A program made the translations under genes and the position numbers. From Puniceicoccales bacterium (GTDB lineage: Bacteria; Verrucomicrobiota; Verrucomicrobiia; Opitutales; LL51): a stretch of 64,000 nucleotides of DNA. A model generated the notes under the pieces. It was not told the DNA's origin and made no database searches. It worked only from the letters and a program-made list of their open reading frames with translations. The stretch lies in assembly GCA_031270475.1 (NCBI GenBank), contig JAISXO010000034.1, positions 29,491 through 93,490 of the forward strand, written 5' to 3'. Positions within the stretch are counted from its first letter, which is position 1. Every line of letters starts with the position of its first letter. This document shows positions 9,058 through 18,502 of this stretch, one piece after another.

Positions 9058-10233
9058 ATGAACGAAAATTACAGCAAAAATAAAAGTGAAGATCGCTTGC
9101 CGATAGACCGCGAGCAGCTCATTTCCATTTCGGGCGTTTTAGAAATGGATCCGAATGGGAAATTTGCGCAAATTGCTGCGGTGAACAGCTTCGGTAAGGT
9201 CCAGCGGGAAGACCCTTATGTCACACGGGATATCTTGACGCGTTATCGGTTACGCCGCGGGATGTTTCTTGAAGCGAAAATGCTAAAGCGCAGCGATTAT
9301 CCCAATCCGCGGATTGTCGAAATTGAAAAAATCGATGGCTTCGTTCCACCGATGCGTATGGGGCTACCGAGATTCGAAGACCGGACGTCCTTGGCACCGG
9401 ATCAATTTCTATCCTTAGAAACCAAAGACGGCCGCCTATCGAACCGTATTATCGATCTTTTCGCCCCCATCGGTAAGGGCCAACGTGGACTCATTGTGGC
9501 GCCTCCGAAGGCCGGAAAAACAACTCTTCTCCACGATATCGCCGTCGGTATTAAGGAAAATCACCCCGATTGCCATCTCATGGTTTTACTCGTCGATGAG
9601 CGGCCGGAAGAGGTCACCGATTTTCAGCGCACCGTCGATGCGGAGCTCTTCGCCTCGTCCAACGATGAGGCCCGATTGACACAGATTCAGGTCGCCGAAT
9701 TAGCCATCGAACGCGCTAAACGCCTCGCAGAAACGGGGAAGGATGTGGTCCTTTTGCTCGACTCGATTACCCGTCTGGCAAGGGCCTATAATCGACAATT
9801 TTCCAGTGGGCGGACGATGACGGGCGGCGTCGATGTGAAGGCATTGGAGCGACCCCGAATGTTATTTTCTTCGGCGCGTAACTTGGAGGGCCACGGCAGT
9901 CTAACGATTTTAGCTACGGCACTGGTCGAAACGGGGAGCCGCATGGATGATCTCATTTTTCAGGAATTCAAGGGGACGGGCAATATGGAAATCGTCCTCA
10001 ATAAAAAGGCCGCGGATATGCGCATTTATCCGGCGATCGACGTACAAACTTCGGGAACGCGAAGGGAAGAACTACTTTTATCGTCCGATTTATTGAATAA
10101 AGTTCACTTTTTTAGGCGAGCATTGATGGGGTTAAAACCGGAGGAAGCGGTCGATACACTTGCCGCGCGCATAAAAAAAACAAAAAATAATAAAGAATTC
10201 TTGATTTTGTTGCAAACGACGTTAAGCCATTAG
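9058..10233 (+). CDS. rho: transcription termination factor Rho
   Basis: 391 aa. IDLFAPIGKGQRGLIVAPPKAGKTTLL Walker A, LLVDERPEEV and LLLDSITRLARAYN motifs. Confidence 0.95.
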   Translation: MNENYSKNKSEDRLPIDREQLISISGVLEMDPNGKFAQIAAVNSFGKVQREDPYVTRDILTRYRLRRGMFLEAKMLKRSDYPNPRIVEIEKIDGFVPPMRMGLPRFEDRTSLAPDQFLSLETKDGRLSNRIIDLFAPIGKGQRGLIVAPPKAGKTTLLHDIAVGIKENHPDCHLMVLLVDERPEEVTDFQRTVDAELFASSNDEARLTQIQVAELAIERAKRLAETGKDVVLLLDSITRLARAYNRQFSSGRTMTGGVDVKALERPRMLFSSARNLEGHGSLTILATALVETGSRMDDLIFQEFKGTGNMEIVLNKKAADMRIYPAIDVQTSGTRREELLLSSDLLNKVHFFRRALMGLKPEEAVDTLAARIKKTKNNKEFLILLQTTLSH

Positions 10234-10250
10234 GATACATTACTGAGAGG

Positions 10251-12008
10251 ATGCAGAATTTCGCGGAGCAGTGTGCGGATGTGGCTCGTTCGATCTTGAG
10301 TCACAATTTAAGTTATGTCAATGAAGATGGCGGTATTCGGTCCGTCGACTACGAAACGCTTATGGGTGATGAGGCAGCGCATATTGCGTTTGCGCTCGGC
10401 GAGTACTATCGCCTGACCCATGAGACGAGATTCTTGCAATATAATATCGTTGATCTTGCGGCGAAGATAATTGTTTTTCAGCTGGAAAATATACCGAAAA
10501 ATAACGATTGGAGCGGCTACATTGCCTTGGCTTTGTTATCTTTCGGGGTCGTCAAGGAGCGCAATCCTGTTTGGGAAAAATTTTCAGATGAGGTGCGGGT
10601 TCAATTGGACAATTTATTAATCCGCCGGGACAAGCTCAATGGCAACGGGTTTGCCTGTGCGATTGCGAAGGCCGTTGCGCGCCATGGATTACGCATCACG
10701 AAAAAGGACGAAACGGGTAAACTGGTCGATCGGTTACTAATTTATTGCGAAGAGAATTCAACGAGTGGATTTTTTGATAGTGATAATGGCAACGGTATCG
10801 GGGGGAATTTCGACGTCAAAGGGCTCTTTAATTTTTCATTTATTCGCCAGGCGCTCCACCTTCATACGGATAGTTTTTTCATTGAAAAAAAATTGCCCAG
10901 TCTGCGGACCCATGCGGAAAAATACATCGGTTTGATCCCCGATCTGATACGGGAAGATGGGACCTGTTGGGTGTATGGCGAAGGCGTCGGTGCCTATACG
11001 CAAATGTACTGTATTAGTACAATTTTGCAGGCTTTGCGGGACGGCTGGATTGCGCCGGATAAGCAGTCATTGTACGTCAACATAGTGCTCGACCTGTTCC
11101 AAAAATTTTTCTGTCACTACATCGACCAGGAAAATGGCTACATGATTATTCAGGATGGAGAGCGCTCTTCGGGGGCGGAACAAAGTACGATCCGGGCCAA
11201 TTTCGATGCGGTGCGCTATTTATGTCAGTGGTCACGGTTGGCGCGAAAGAGTTCGATTAACGCGAGTCGCATACGTCGTGCATCGGCGTTTAAACCGGGC
11301 AATCGCCTCGTCATTTTCAATAAGAATCTCAAGCGAGAGAATGGGCTATTTGTTTATCGCGATACTAAAACGGGTATGAATTTGCAATTGCCGCTCATTG
11401 GTGGTAATAGGCAATCGGACAGCGATTGCCTTGCCTTTCCGCATTGTCCTGGGGTATTTGATTGGCCGGCCGGTAAATATCTACCCATTTTGCAGCCGGA
11501 GCTGACCATAGAAGGCAAGCGCTACATTCCATCCTATTACGGCAAAAAATTGTCGACGGGGCTTGGCAATCGGAAGAGCATTGTTTTCGCCTACGAGCAG
11601 CCGGAGCTCATTACGGTGGAAGAGGAAATTGTTCCGGGGATAGCGAGTTGCAAAGTGGCGTGGATATTTTCCGAGGAGAAGATCACGTCGGAGTTCACCT
11701 ACGTTGTCAAAGATCGCGTACGCGTCGAATTCCTGCGGTATATGATTGCTCTGAGCGCGCCCCATTCGATTTACGGAGCCAATAATTTAGCTTTAGACGA
11801 GCGAAGTTTAGGGGCGATAGTGGAGCATGACGACATGCTATTGAGTTGGCAAGAGATTCGGGAGGTAGTCGACGACCCTGACTATCGGACGTGCTGCGGA
11901 AAAATCCATTATTTGCAGGAGTTATCGCGGAACTACCCTCTCATCATGCATCCGGGGCAGTCCTATAAATTGATCGTGAGTTTTACTCCGGGAGTGATTC
12001 GCATTTAA
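10251..12008 (+). CDS. hypothetical protein (585 aa), probably co-transcribed with rho
   Basis: Long uninterrupted ORF with SD-like GAGAGG 1 nt upstream of ATG. No family recognised by eye. Confidence 0.6.
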   Translation: MQNFAEQCADVARSILSHNLSYVNEDGGIRSVDYETLMGDEAAHIAFALGEYYRLTHETRFLQYNIVDLAAKIIVFQLENIPKNNDWSGYIALALLSFGVVKERNPVWEKFSDEVRVQLDNLLIRRDKLNGNGFACAIAKAVARHGLRITKKDETGKLVDRLLIYCEENSTSGFFDSDNGNGIGGNFDVKGLFNFSFIRQALHLHTDSFFIEKKLPSLRTHAEKYIGLIPDLIREDGTCWVYGEGVGAYTQMYCISTILQALRDGWIAPDKQSLYVNIVLDLFQKFFCHYIDQENGYMIIQDGERSSGAEQSTIRANFDAVRYLCQWSRLARKSSINASRIRRASAFKPGNRLVIFNKNLKRENGLFVYRDTKTGMNLQLPLIGGNRQSDSDCLAFPHCPGVFDWPAGKYLPILQPELTIEGKRYIPSYYGKKLSTGLGNRKSIVFAYEQPELITVEEEIVPGIASCKVAWIFSEEKITSEFTYVVKDRVRVEFLRYMIALSAPHSIYGANNLALDERSLGAIVEHDDMLLSWQEIREVVDDPDYRTCCGKIHYLQELSRNYPLIMHPGQSYKLIVSFTPGVIRI

Positions 12009-12169
12009 AGAGGAGTTTTATGACCGAAAATTTTTCTGAAAAATTTGACGAAAAAAATTGACAGAGAGCGTGGAAATTCAACGTTATTCCGTTGTCTTCC
12101 AATGCAAGGGAAGATAAATCAAAAAAGTTTCATTTCATGATGGAAATAAAACCAGAAAGATAAGATTGA

Positions 12170-12197
12170 GGGGAGCTGAAAAGGCTCCCTTTTTTTG
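12170..12197 (+). terminator. rho-independent terminator
   Basis: GGGGAGC-tgaaaag-GCTCCCT followed by TTTTTTT (12190-12196). Confidence 0.65.
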
Positions 12198-12342
12198 TGG
12201 AACAATTGAAATTGGACTAAAAAACGAGTTTTTAAGCGGTTGGAAAATAAAAAAATAAAAAAATGCACTAAGCTGTAAAAAAAACTTGTTTTTTAAAAAA
12301 AATGGAATATCATAGGAAAACAATTCGACAAAGGAAATATTT

Positions 12343-12804
12343 ATGGATATAAGTAAAAAAAATGGGAGGAGTGGTATGACGTTGATCGAGATATTGGTTG
12401 TTGTCGCACTGCTAGGTGTTTTAGCGGGCGTTTTAGTTCGTTCGCTGGGTAGTTCAAGTGAGAATGGAAAGCGAGCTGCGGCGCAATTATTTTTCAAAAC
12501 AACGCTCAAATCACTTTTAATGGGCTATAAAGTGACTTATGGTCATTATCCAAAGGATCAAGATGAGATTGATAAGACCAAAATAACCGATAAGGATTTT
12601 TGGACAAATCCTTGGGGGCAGACCGGGAAAGATGGGTATATGATCAAGGATGGTGCTAGCCCTAGCGACCCAATCGAGATGTGGACTTTATATGATAACC
12701 AAAAAGCTGGTGCTGCTGCGCCAAAAGATCCAAATCTCGGATGTTTCTTTAATCTATCACCTGATGGGAAACTGACAGATGGGTTTACAGGTGCAGTTGT
12801 CTAA
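12343..12804 (+). CDS. prepilin-type N-terminal cleavage/methylation protein (GspG-like pseudopilin)
   Basis: 153 aa. G/MTLIEILVVVALLGVLAGVLV class-III signal, and later TNPWGQ resembling the GspG DPWG region. Confidence 0.8.
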   Translation: MDISKKNGRSGMTLIEILVVVALLGVLAGVLVRSLGSSSENGKRAAAQLFFKTTLKSLLMGYKVTYGHYPKDQDEIDKTKITDKDFWTNPWGQTGKDGYMIKDGASPSDPIEMWTLYDNQKAGAAAPKDPNLGCFFNLSPDGKLTDGFTGAVV

Positions 12805-12835
12805 AACGCTTTCTAGTCGCTATGGTTACTTTCGG

Positions 12836-12857
12836 GCGCACTTCGGTGCGCTTTTTT
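12836..12857. terminator. hairpin terminator between convergent genes
   Basis: GCGCAC-ttcg-GTGCGC followed by TTTTTT. Confidence 0.7.
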
Positions 12858-12869
12858 ATTTTCAAAATT

Positions 12870-13583
12870 TTAAACGGAAATATCTAGCAAAAAACAAATG
12901 TCCTCGATCTGAAAGTGCTCAATGAAATTTTGTAGCAGTAACGCCGTGGCCAATGCATCGTAGGGCGCTCGATGAAAGGTCAGCTCCCGCGAAAGACGCT
13001 GCTTCGCAACCTGCTCTTCTAGCTTCTTTTCCAACCCAAAATGACGGATGAGCTCCGCCACCTCGTAGCGCTGCGCCGTCGGATAATATTTTCGGTAAAT
13101 CTTATAGGTGTCAATCCACGGTCCCCACGTAACAACCGATGCCGTCGCTGTCGCTAATTCCGCGTTTTTTTGAGAAACTTTTTGCGTATTTTTTAAATGA
13201 TCATCGATCGCTCCGGGCGTCAAACAATACCGCCGCAAAAGACGATCTTCTCCGGACGCTCCGTGAGCACAAAAAATGCCTTCTGCCCGCTTTTTTATGA
13301 AAAATGGCAAATGCTCCTCGAAACCTTTATCGCCCCCATTCCCGGTGAAACGTGAATGCTCCGTAAAATGAGCCACTTGCGTACTAAATTTTTCACAACA
13401 ACTCGCCGTCGAAAATTCCACAATTGTGTTGTTTTTTAGCGTTACTAGGCCGTATTCTAAAATTCCGTAAATGCGGTTGCCCTCAAAATCAATGACGTGT
13501 ATCGTATCTAGCATAGACTTCACGAAGACTTTGAATGATTTTTTTCGGAAAAGCAATATTTTTTTGAGAAAATAATTTTTCAC
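12870..13583 (-). CDS. DEDDh 3'-5' exonuclease (DnaQ/epsilon-like)
   Basis: 237 aa. IHVIDFEGN (ExoI-like) and FHRAPYDALATALL (H-x4-D ExoIII). The start may instead be the ATG at 13514. Confidence 0.7.
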   Translation of the reverse strand: MKNYFLKKILLFRKKSFKVFVKSMLDTIHVIDFEGNRIYGILEYGLVTLKNNTIVEFSTASCCEKFSTQVAHFTEHSRFTGNGGDKGFEEHLPFFIKKRAEGIFCAHGASGEDRLLRRYCLTPGAIDDHLKNTQKVSQKNAELATATASVVTWGPWIDTYKIYRKYYPTAQRYEVAELIRHFGLEKKLEEQVAKQRLSRELTFHRAPYDALATALLLQNFIEHFQIEDICFLLDISV

Positions 13584-13597
13584 CGGAAATCATCTTC

Positions 13598-15001
13598 TCA
13601 TCCCATTGCGGGAGAATCGACCTGCTGGGATGTCTCATTTCTCTCCCCAGATATAAGCTTTTTGACGTAGAGAAGTCCCTCTCCAACGGTCGAAAATTTA
13701 TCGTTTAACTGAGCAAAATAAGTTTTTAAAAGAATTTTAGAAAAATCCTTGGAGGGACGTAGGCCGAGTTCGACGAGGTGCCGCCCCTGAATAATTGCTT
13801 TCGGCGGAGCATACAAAATGCCGAGGGCTTTGGCGTGATCGATTGCCCAATCGTGTATTTCCCTATTGTGTTTTACTCGGCCAAAACAGTCGCAATACCC
13901 TAGGAGAAAGAGCAAATCCAGGCGTTTTACGTTGTACGAAAGGCGCCGCAATTCCTTATCGGAGGCCTTACGTTTAAAAAAACGTCGCGGTTCCATGTGG
14001 TATTGCACCAGTGTCAGTACCTGCAAAACGATGTGTTTCGGAACGCGTAGCTGCTCCATGAAATTTCTTGCCGGTAGAATTCCTGCAATTTCGTGCCAAT
14101 AGGAATGAATGCCCTTACTATCTTTTACGGTGGTCGCCGGTTTACCGAAATCGTGGCATAGGAGCGCGAATCCAAGCACCAAATCGTCCATAAATTTTCT
14201 CGTCCTATTTTCAGCAAATGCGTCTAGAGTACAGCAGGTATGCACAAATACGTCGCCTTCGGGATGGCGCAAGGGATTCTGTTCGACGCCGACCAATCGA
14301 TTAATTTCTGGAAAAAATTTCAACCAATCGGTTTGCTGGAGGAATTTTAATCCGAGAGATGGTTGTGTTCCCTGGGTGAGTAACTTAACAAATTCTTGAT
14401 AAATGCGTTCTGGAGAGAGGGTATTTATGGAAAGGGTTTTGCAAAGCTCGGTTGTTTCAGGAGCCGGGAGCAGTTGGAAGCGCGCGCAAAACTGCATACC
14501 TCGTAGGACGCGCAGGGGATCCTCCGAAAAATGTTCGCTCGTATGGCGCAAAATTTTCCGTTGCAGGTCTTCAATGCCGTGGAATGGGTCGATAATCTGC
14601 TGATTTTTTATATCGAAATAAATGGAATTGAGCGTGAAGTCTCGACGTTTGATGGCTTGTTCTATGGGAAGAAAGGGGTCTTCTTGGATTGCGAAATCGG
14701 TATGGCGTTGGCCTATTTTTTGTTCTTGACGGGGAACGCCAATATCAATGTTAGCGTTACGGATCTTTAAAATGCCGTAAGATTTTCCGACCCGATCGAT
14801 TTCATAGGATGAGGTTAAAATTCCGATAATTTTTTCGGAAGTTAGGCCAAAGACTTCGAGATCAAAATTGTAACTCTTGAGGCCCAAAAGGTGATCGCGG
14901 ACGCATCCGCCGACGAGGTAACAATGTCCTCCATTTTTGTGTAGTGAGTCCGTGATTATGCGTAAATCGCGATGACTTTCGATGACCGAAAGCAGCTTCA
15001 T
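13598..15001 (-). CDS. cca: CCA tRNA nucleotidyltransferase / poly(A) polymerase family protein with HD domain
   Basis: 467 aa. GGCVRDHLLG, DFTLNS and RVLRGMQFCARF head-domain motifs. LCHDFGKP HD motif. Confidence 0.8.
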   Translation of the reverse strand: MKLLSVIESHRDLRIITDSLHKNGGHCYLVGGCVRDHLLGLKSYNFDLEVFGLTSEKIIGILTSSYEIDRVGKSYGILKIRNANIDIGVPRQEQKIGQRHTDFAIQEDPFLPIEQAIKRRDFTLNSIYFDIKNQQIIDPFHGIEDLQRKILRHTSEHFSEDPLRVLRGMQFCARFQLLPAPETTELCKTLSINTLSPERIYQEFVKLLTQGTQPSLGLKFLQQTDWLKFFPEINRLVGVEQNPLRHPEGDVFVHTCCTLDAFAENRTRKFMDDLVLGFALLCHDFGKPATTVKDSKGIHSYWHEIAGILPARNFMEQLRVPKHIVLQVLTLVQYHMEPRRFFKRKASDKELRRLSYNVKRLDLLFLLGYCDCFGRVKHNREIHDWAIDHAKALGILYAPPKAIIQGRHLVELGLRPSKDFSKILLKTYFAQLNDKFSTVGEGLLYVKKLISGERNETSQQVDSPAMG

Positions 15002-15133
15002 GGGAGAGAGTGAAATAAAAATAAAAACATTGCAAGACTACATCCCATCTTTCTCTACCCAGTGCCCAAAGCCCGTTGGTGGAGTTGAAATTCTGAGGAT
15101 ATATATTTTTTTGAGAGTTTTTCAAAAAAATGC

Positions 15134-15197
15134 TTGACAATATTGAAAGATGCAGGCAAACTTGGGCGGGATGATAGGAAAGGGTGGGAACAAAGGA
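15134..15197 (+). promoter_or_regulatory. promoter-like module, degenerate copy
   Basis: aaaaaaatgcTTGACA (15134-15139), 17 nt, CAAACT, then ...AAAGGGTGGGAACAAAGGAC. Lies 100 nt upstream of gmk. Confidence 0.45.
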
Positions 15198-15296
15198 CTT
15201 TCGTTTCCACAATTTTCATCCGACAGAAAATTTTTGTGGCAAGACTTCAAAAATAATCTTGAATTAGGAAAAATTCCTCGCAGAAGGATATAGATT

Positions 15297-15926
15297 ATGG
15301 GCTTCGGTAAGATTTTTATTATTTCGGGACCTGCTGGGGTCGGGAAGTCGACGGTTTGTAATCGTTTAGTGGAGAACTATAGCGGTAATCTTAAAAGAAT
15401 TGTTACAGTTACAACGCGCAATCCTCGTCCCAATGAAGTCGATGGTGTCGACTATTGTTTCATCGACGAGGCGACTTTTTTGAAGTACATTGCCGAGGAA
15501 AAATTTTTGGAATACGCCAATGTTCATCGGAAATATTTTTATGGAACGCCCCTTGCGCAAGTGTCTTCCAACATGCGTCACGGCATTGATTCTTTACTCA
15601 TCATCGACGTCCATGGGGTGAGGAACATACGCAAAAATTTTCGTCAAATTGCGAATTATGTGGTGACTATTTTTCTAATGCCGGAACGATTAGAAGTTCT
15701 CACTGAGCGGCTTTCATTGCGAGGTTCAGAAAAAAAAGATGACCTAGTTCAGCGTTTGCAATCGGCGCAGAATGAGATCAAACACGCCAAAAATTACGAT
15801 TATATCGTCATCAGCGGTTCGAAGGACGAAGATTTTATTTCGATGCGGACAATTTACGAGAGTTTTCGGTCGGGATGTTGTATTAAGCCTTGGAATTGGA
15901 TATGCCAGGAAAAACAGTTGGCATAA
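15297..15926 (+). CDS. gmk: guanylate kinase
   Basis: 209 aa. GPAGVGKST P-loop, TTRNPRPNEVDGVDYCF. Confidence 0.9.
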   Translation: MGFGKIFIISGPAGVGKSTVCNRLVENYSGNLKRIVTVTTRNPRPNEVDGVDYCFIDEATFLKYIAEEKFLEYANVHRKYFYGTPLAQVSSNMRHGIDSLLIIDVHGVRNIRKNFRQIANYVVTIFLMPERLEVLTERLSLRGSEKKDDLVQRLQSAQNEIKHAKNYDYIVISGSKDEDFISMRTIYESFRSGCCIKPWNWICQEKQLA

Positions 15927-15948
15927 ATCCGAAGGAATAGTTTTTTCT

Positions 15949-16509
15949 ATGCGAATTACGGGAGGTTTGGCGCGAGGAATTATGCTCAAGAGTGTCGATG
16001 AGGCTGTTTTACGACCGGCGACGGACTATTTGCGCCAGGCAGTATTTTCTTCGCTGGGAGATATAATTATTGGAGCGAATTTTTTAGATATTTTTGCTGG
16101 GATTGGCAGCTATGGCCTAGAGGCTTTAAGTCGCGGTGCCCATTGGGGGGTATTTGTTGAAAATGGCCACAAAATTGCCGATGCGTTGCGAAAAAATTTG
16201 GAAGCCATTTGTAAAAGTAGTGGCATAAAAAATGAGAGCCGCATTTGGATCATCGATGCGTTTAAAATAAATATGAGTGAACAATTCGATTTGATTTTTA
16301 TTGATCCGCCCTACGATTTTGTTCGCATGCATGGCAATGAAATTTTGACGCGAAATGTACAATTTTTACGAAAAAGTGAACGCTCTCGACTCATTTTTGA
16401 AATACCGATCGATGTGCATTTAACTCCTCCAAACGGTTGCCGCGAATTACGTCGCATCGAAAAAAGAGGCAAAAATAGTCCCGCTGCCGTGATTTATTCC
16501 GTAGCGTAG
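15949..16509 (+). CDS. rsmD: 16S rRNA (guanine966-N2)-methyltransferase RsmD family
   Basis: Within ORF 15772..16509, the internal ATG at 15949 gives MRITGGLARG..., the usual RsmD N-terminus. DPPY motif (FIDPPYDF). Confidence 0.8.
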   Translation: MRITGGLARGIMLKSVDEAVLRPATDYLRQAVFSSLGDIIIGANFLDIFAGIGSYGLEALSRGAHWGVFVENGHKIADALRKNLEAICKSSGIKNESRIWIIDAFKINMSEQFDLIFIDPPYDFVRMHGNEILTRNVQFLRKSERSRLIFEIPIDVHLTPPNGCRELRRIEKRGKNSPAAVIYSVA

Positions 16510-16552
16510 TTCTTTACTTTGGGGTTTGTATTAATAAATAAATATAATATTA

Positions 16553-17056
16553 ATAAATTTCTAAAAGAACCTAAAAATATTGTCTGCATTTTTTATTAGT
16601 TCCTCTTTTTTCTCAAAGGTAAAAACATCGAAGAATAAAAGGTTATACATTTGTTCCCTAATGGTTTCTTTTCGATTTTACGGAAAAGGTTTGTTTCTCT
16701 CGATATCCAAATATTCCCGAAACCCACTAGCGAACATAGCAATCATCCTCTAAAACATTTCTAATTTCATTTTTCATTTTAGGGGAGATATTTGGCGACT
16801 CATAAATTTCTAAAAGGACCTAAAAGCATTGTCTGTATTTTTTATTAGTTCCTCTTTTTTCTCAAAGGTAAAAACATCGAAGAATAAAAGGTTATACATT
16901 TGTTCCCTAATGGTTTCTTTTTGATTTTACGGAAAAGGTTTGTTTCCCTCGATATCCAAATATTCCCGAAACCCACTAGCGAACATAGCAATCATCCTCT
17001 AAAACATTTCTAATTTCATTTTTCATTTTAGGGAAAATATTTGGCGACTCATAAAA
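16553..17056. repeat. tandem duplication, 2 x ~249 bp
   Basis: 16553-16801 and 16802-~17056 are near-identical by eye, with a few substitutions or indels. Each unit contains the 3' end of a minus-strand open frame (...PKMKNEIRNVLEDDCYVR*) plus ~170 bp downstream. Confidence 0.9.
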
Positions 17057-17263
17057 TTCTTCTAGTTGGTACATAGCGTTTGCTCTTTCCTTAGGCGGGA
17101 GAACATAGTTTTTTACATTTCCCAGGCATTTGCGACACTTGTTGTCTGCCGCTTGAATTACGAAGTTGTTTAACTTAAATCTTGCTGTTACATGAACTTT
17201 TCTAGATCCAAAGGCTTTCCTTCCTAAAACTTCCCCAGTATCCCCATCCAGAGCAGATGTCCT
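16976..17263 (-). pseudogene. start-less 95-codon open frame (gene remnant?)
   Basis: The frame is open from the TAA at 17264-17266 to the TAG at 16976-16978: RTSALDGDTGEVLGRKAF...NKCRKCLGNVKNYVLPPKERANAMYQLEEFYESPNIFPKMKNEIRNVLEDDCYVR. The first ATG is at codon 64. No family recognised. Confidence 0.3.
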
Positions 17264-17351
17264 TTAATATTAGCAAGTATGTTCGTAGTACCAGTAGGAT
17301 ATAAAAATAAACAAATACATCAAATTTGTTTTATATATTAAATTTTTTTCT

Positions 17352-18476
17352 TTATTCCAAGGCATTAAAAATTTCTTTAGCGATGGCATCGCAGAGAAGG
17401 CGTCCTCGCTGCGTTAGTCGAACCCGTGAATCCTCTCGAATGAGTAATGCTTCGTTGTAAAGGTCATGAAAAAATTCAGCAAGCCGTTCGTGATGAGGAT
17501 TTTTCTCGAGATCTACGCCATCGTTCATCCGGAGACCGAAAATAATTTCATCAATGGCTAACATTTGCTTATTTAATTTCACAACATCCGTCCGCTCTGG
17601 AATGCCATTTTCGATTCCCGTAGCCCAGCGATCGAGGGAGGCAACATTGGTGTAACGCAGCTCGCCATATTGGCTGCTCGCCGATGGCCCGATTCCAATC
17701 CACTCGTGCATAAGCCAGGTGTTGCGATTGTGCACGGACGCATAGCCATTTTTGCAAAAGTTGGAAATTTCGTATTGTTGGTAGCCGTGGGTTTCGAGGA
17801 ATTCGCAAACTATTTCGTAAAAATCATGGTCGCGATTTTCTTCGGCTCCGTCGCCAAGCCGATTTTTTAATACTGTCCCGTCTTCGTAGGAGAGGCAGTA
17901 GGTTGAAATGTGTTCTGGAGAAAGGGCGATCGCTGTGGATAAATCATCAAGCAATTGGTTGTTAGTTTGGCCCGGTGCGGAAAAAATGAGATCAATGCCA
18001 ACGTTGGTAAAACCCGTTGAGCGGACAAGTTCATAGGCGTGAAAAATTTGTTGAAGCGTCTGTTTGCGGCCAAGTGTGCGGAGCATTACCCCGTTAAAAC
18101 TTTGTATGCCCATCGAAATGCGATTGACACCGGCGGCTTTCCAATGCTGTAATTTTTCCATATTGACCGTACTGGGCGCGATTTCCAGAGTCCACTCCAG
18201 AGGCATTTTATGTATTTTAGAATGCAATGTTGTAGCAATTTGATCGATGACTTTGGGCGATAAAATTCCCGGAGTTCCGCCTCCAAAATAAATCGTATCA
18301 AAGGCGCGTTCGTCGTGAATGAATTGTATTTCCAGGAGAAGTGCATGCAAATAACATTCGAGATTTTGTCGGGATGGTGGTTCCTTATAGAAGGCGCAAT
18401 AGTCACATTTTGCCGCGCAAAACGGAACGTGTACGTATAAACCCAGCGGTATATAAACTTTTTCTTGCCTATTCAT
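17352..18476 (-). CDS. hemW: radical SAM HemN-family protein (heme chaperone HemW-like)
   Basis: 374 aa. CxxxCxxC cluster motif in VPFCAAKCDYCAF and GGGTP motif. Length fits HemW rather than HemN. Confidence 0.8.
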   Translation of the reverse strand: MNRQEKVYIPLGLYVHVPFCAAKCDYCAFYKEPPSRQNLECYLHALLLEIQFIHDERAFDTIYFGGGTPGILSPKVIDQIATTLHSKIHKMPLEWTLEIAPSTVNMEKLQHWKAAGVNRISMGIQSFNGVMLRTLGRKQTLQQIFHAYELVRSTGFTNVGIDLIFSAPGQTNNQLLDDLSTAIALSPEHISTYCLSYEDGTVLKNRLGDGAEENRDHDFYEIVCEFLETHGYQQYEISNFCKNGYASVHNRNTWLMHEWIGIGPSASSQYGELRYTNVASLDRWATGIENGIPERTDVVKLNKQMLAIDEIIFGLRMNDGVDLEKNPHHERLAEFFHDLYNEALLIREDSRVRLTQRGRLLCDAIAKEIFNALE

Positions 18477-18502
18477 CGGTCCATAATTATGTTACCCACA
18501 AC

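Noticed and set aside
12135-12509. 124-aa minus-strand ORF across the intergenic region and the pseudopilin gene start.
   Set aside because: It runs antisense through the terminator, A/T-rich spacer and pilin signal sequence, and its composition is low-complexity and Phe/Leu/Ser-rich.
16553-17056. Considered whether the repeated units here, and at 27311, 29088, 30484, 38972 and 47563, could be CRISPR arrays.
   Set aside because: The units are 198-249 bp, far longer than CRISPR repeats. They occur 2-2.4 times with no unique spacers between them, they contain gene ends, and no cas genes are present.
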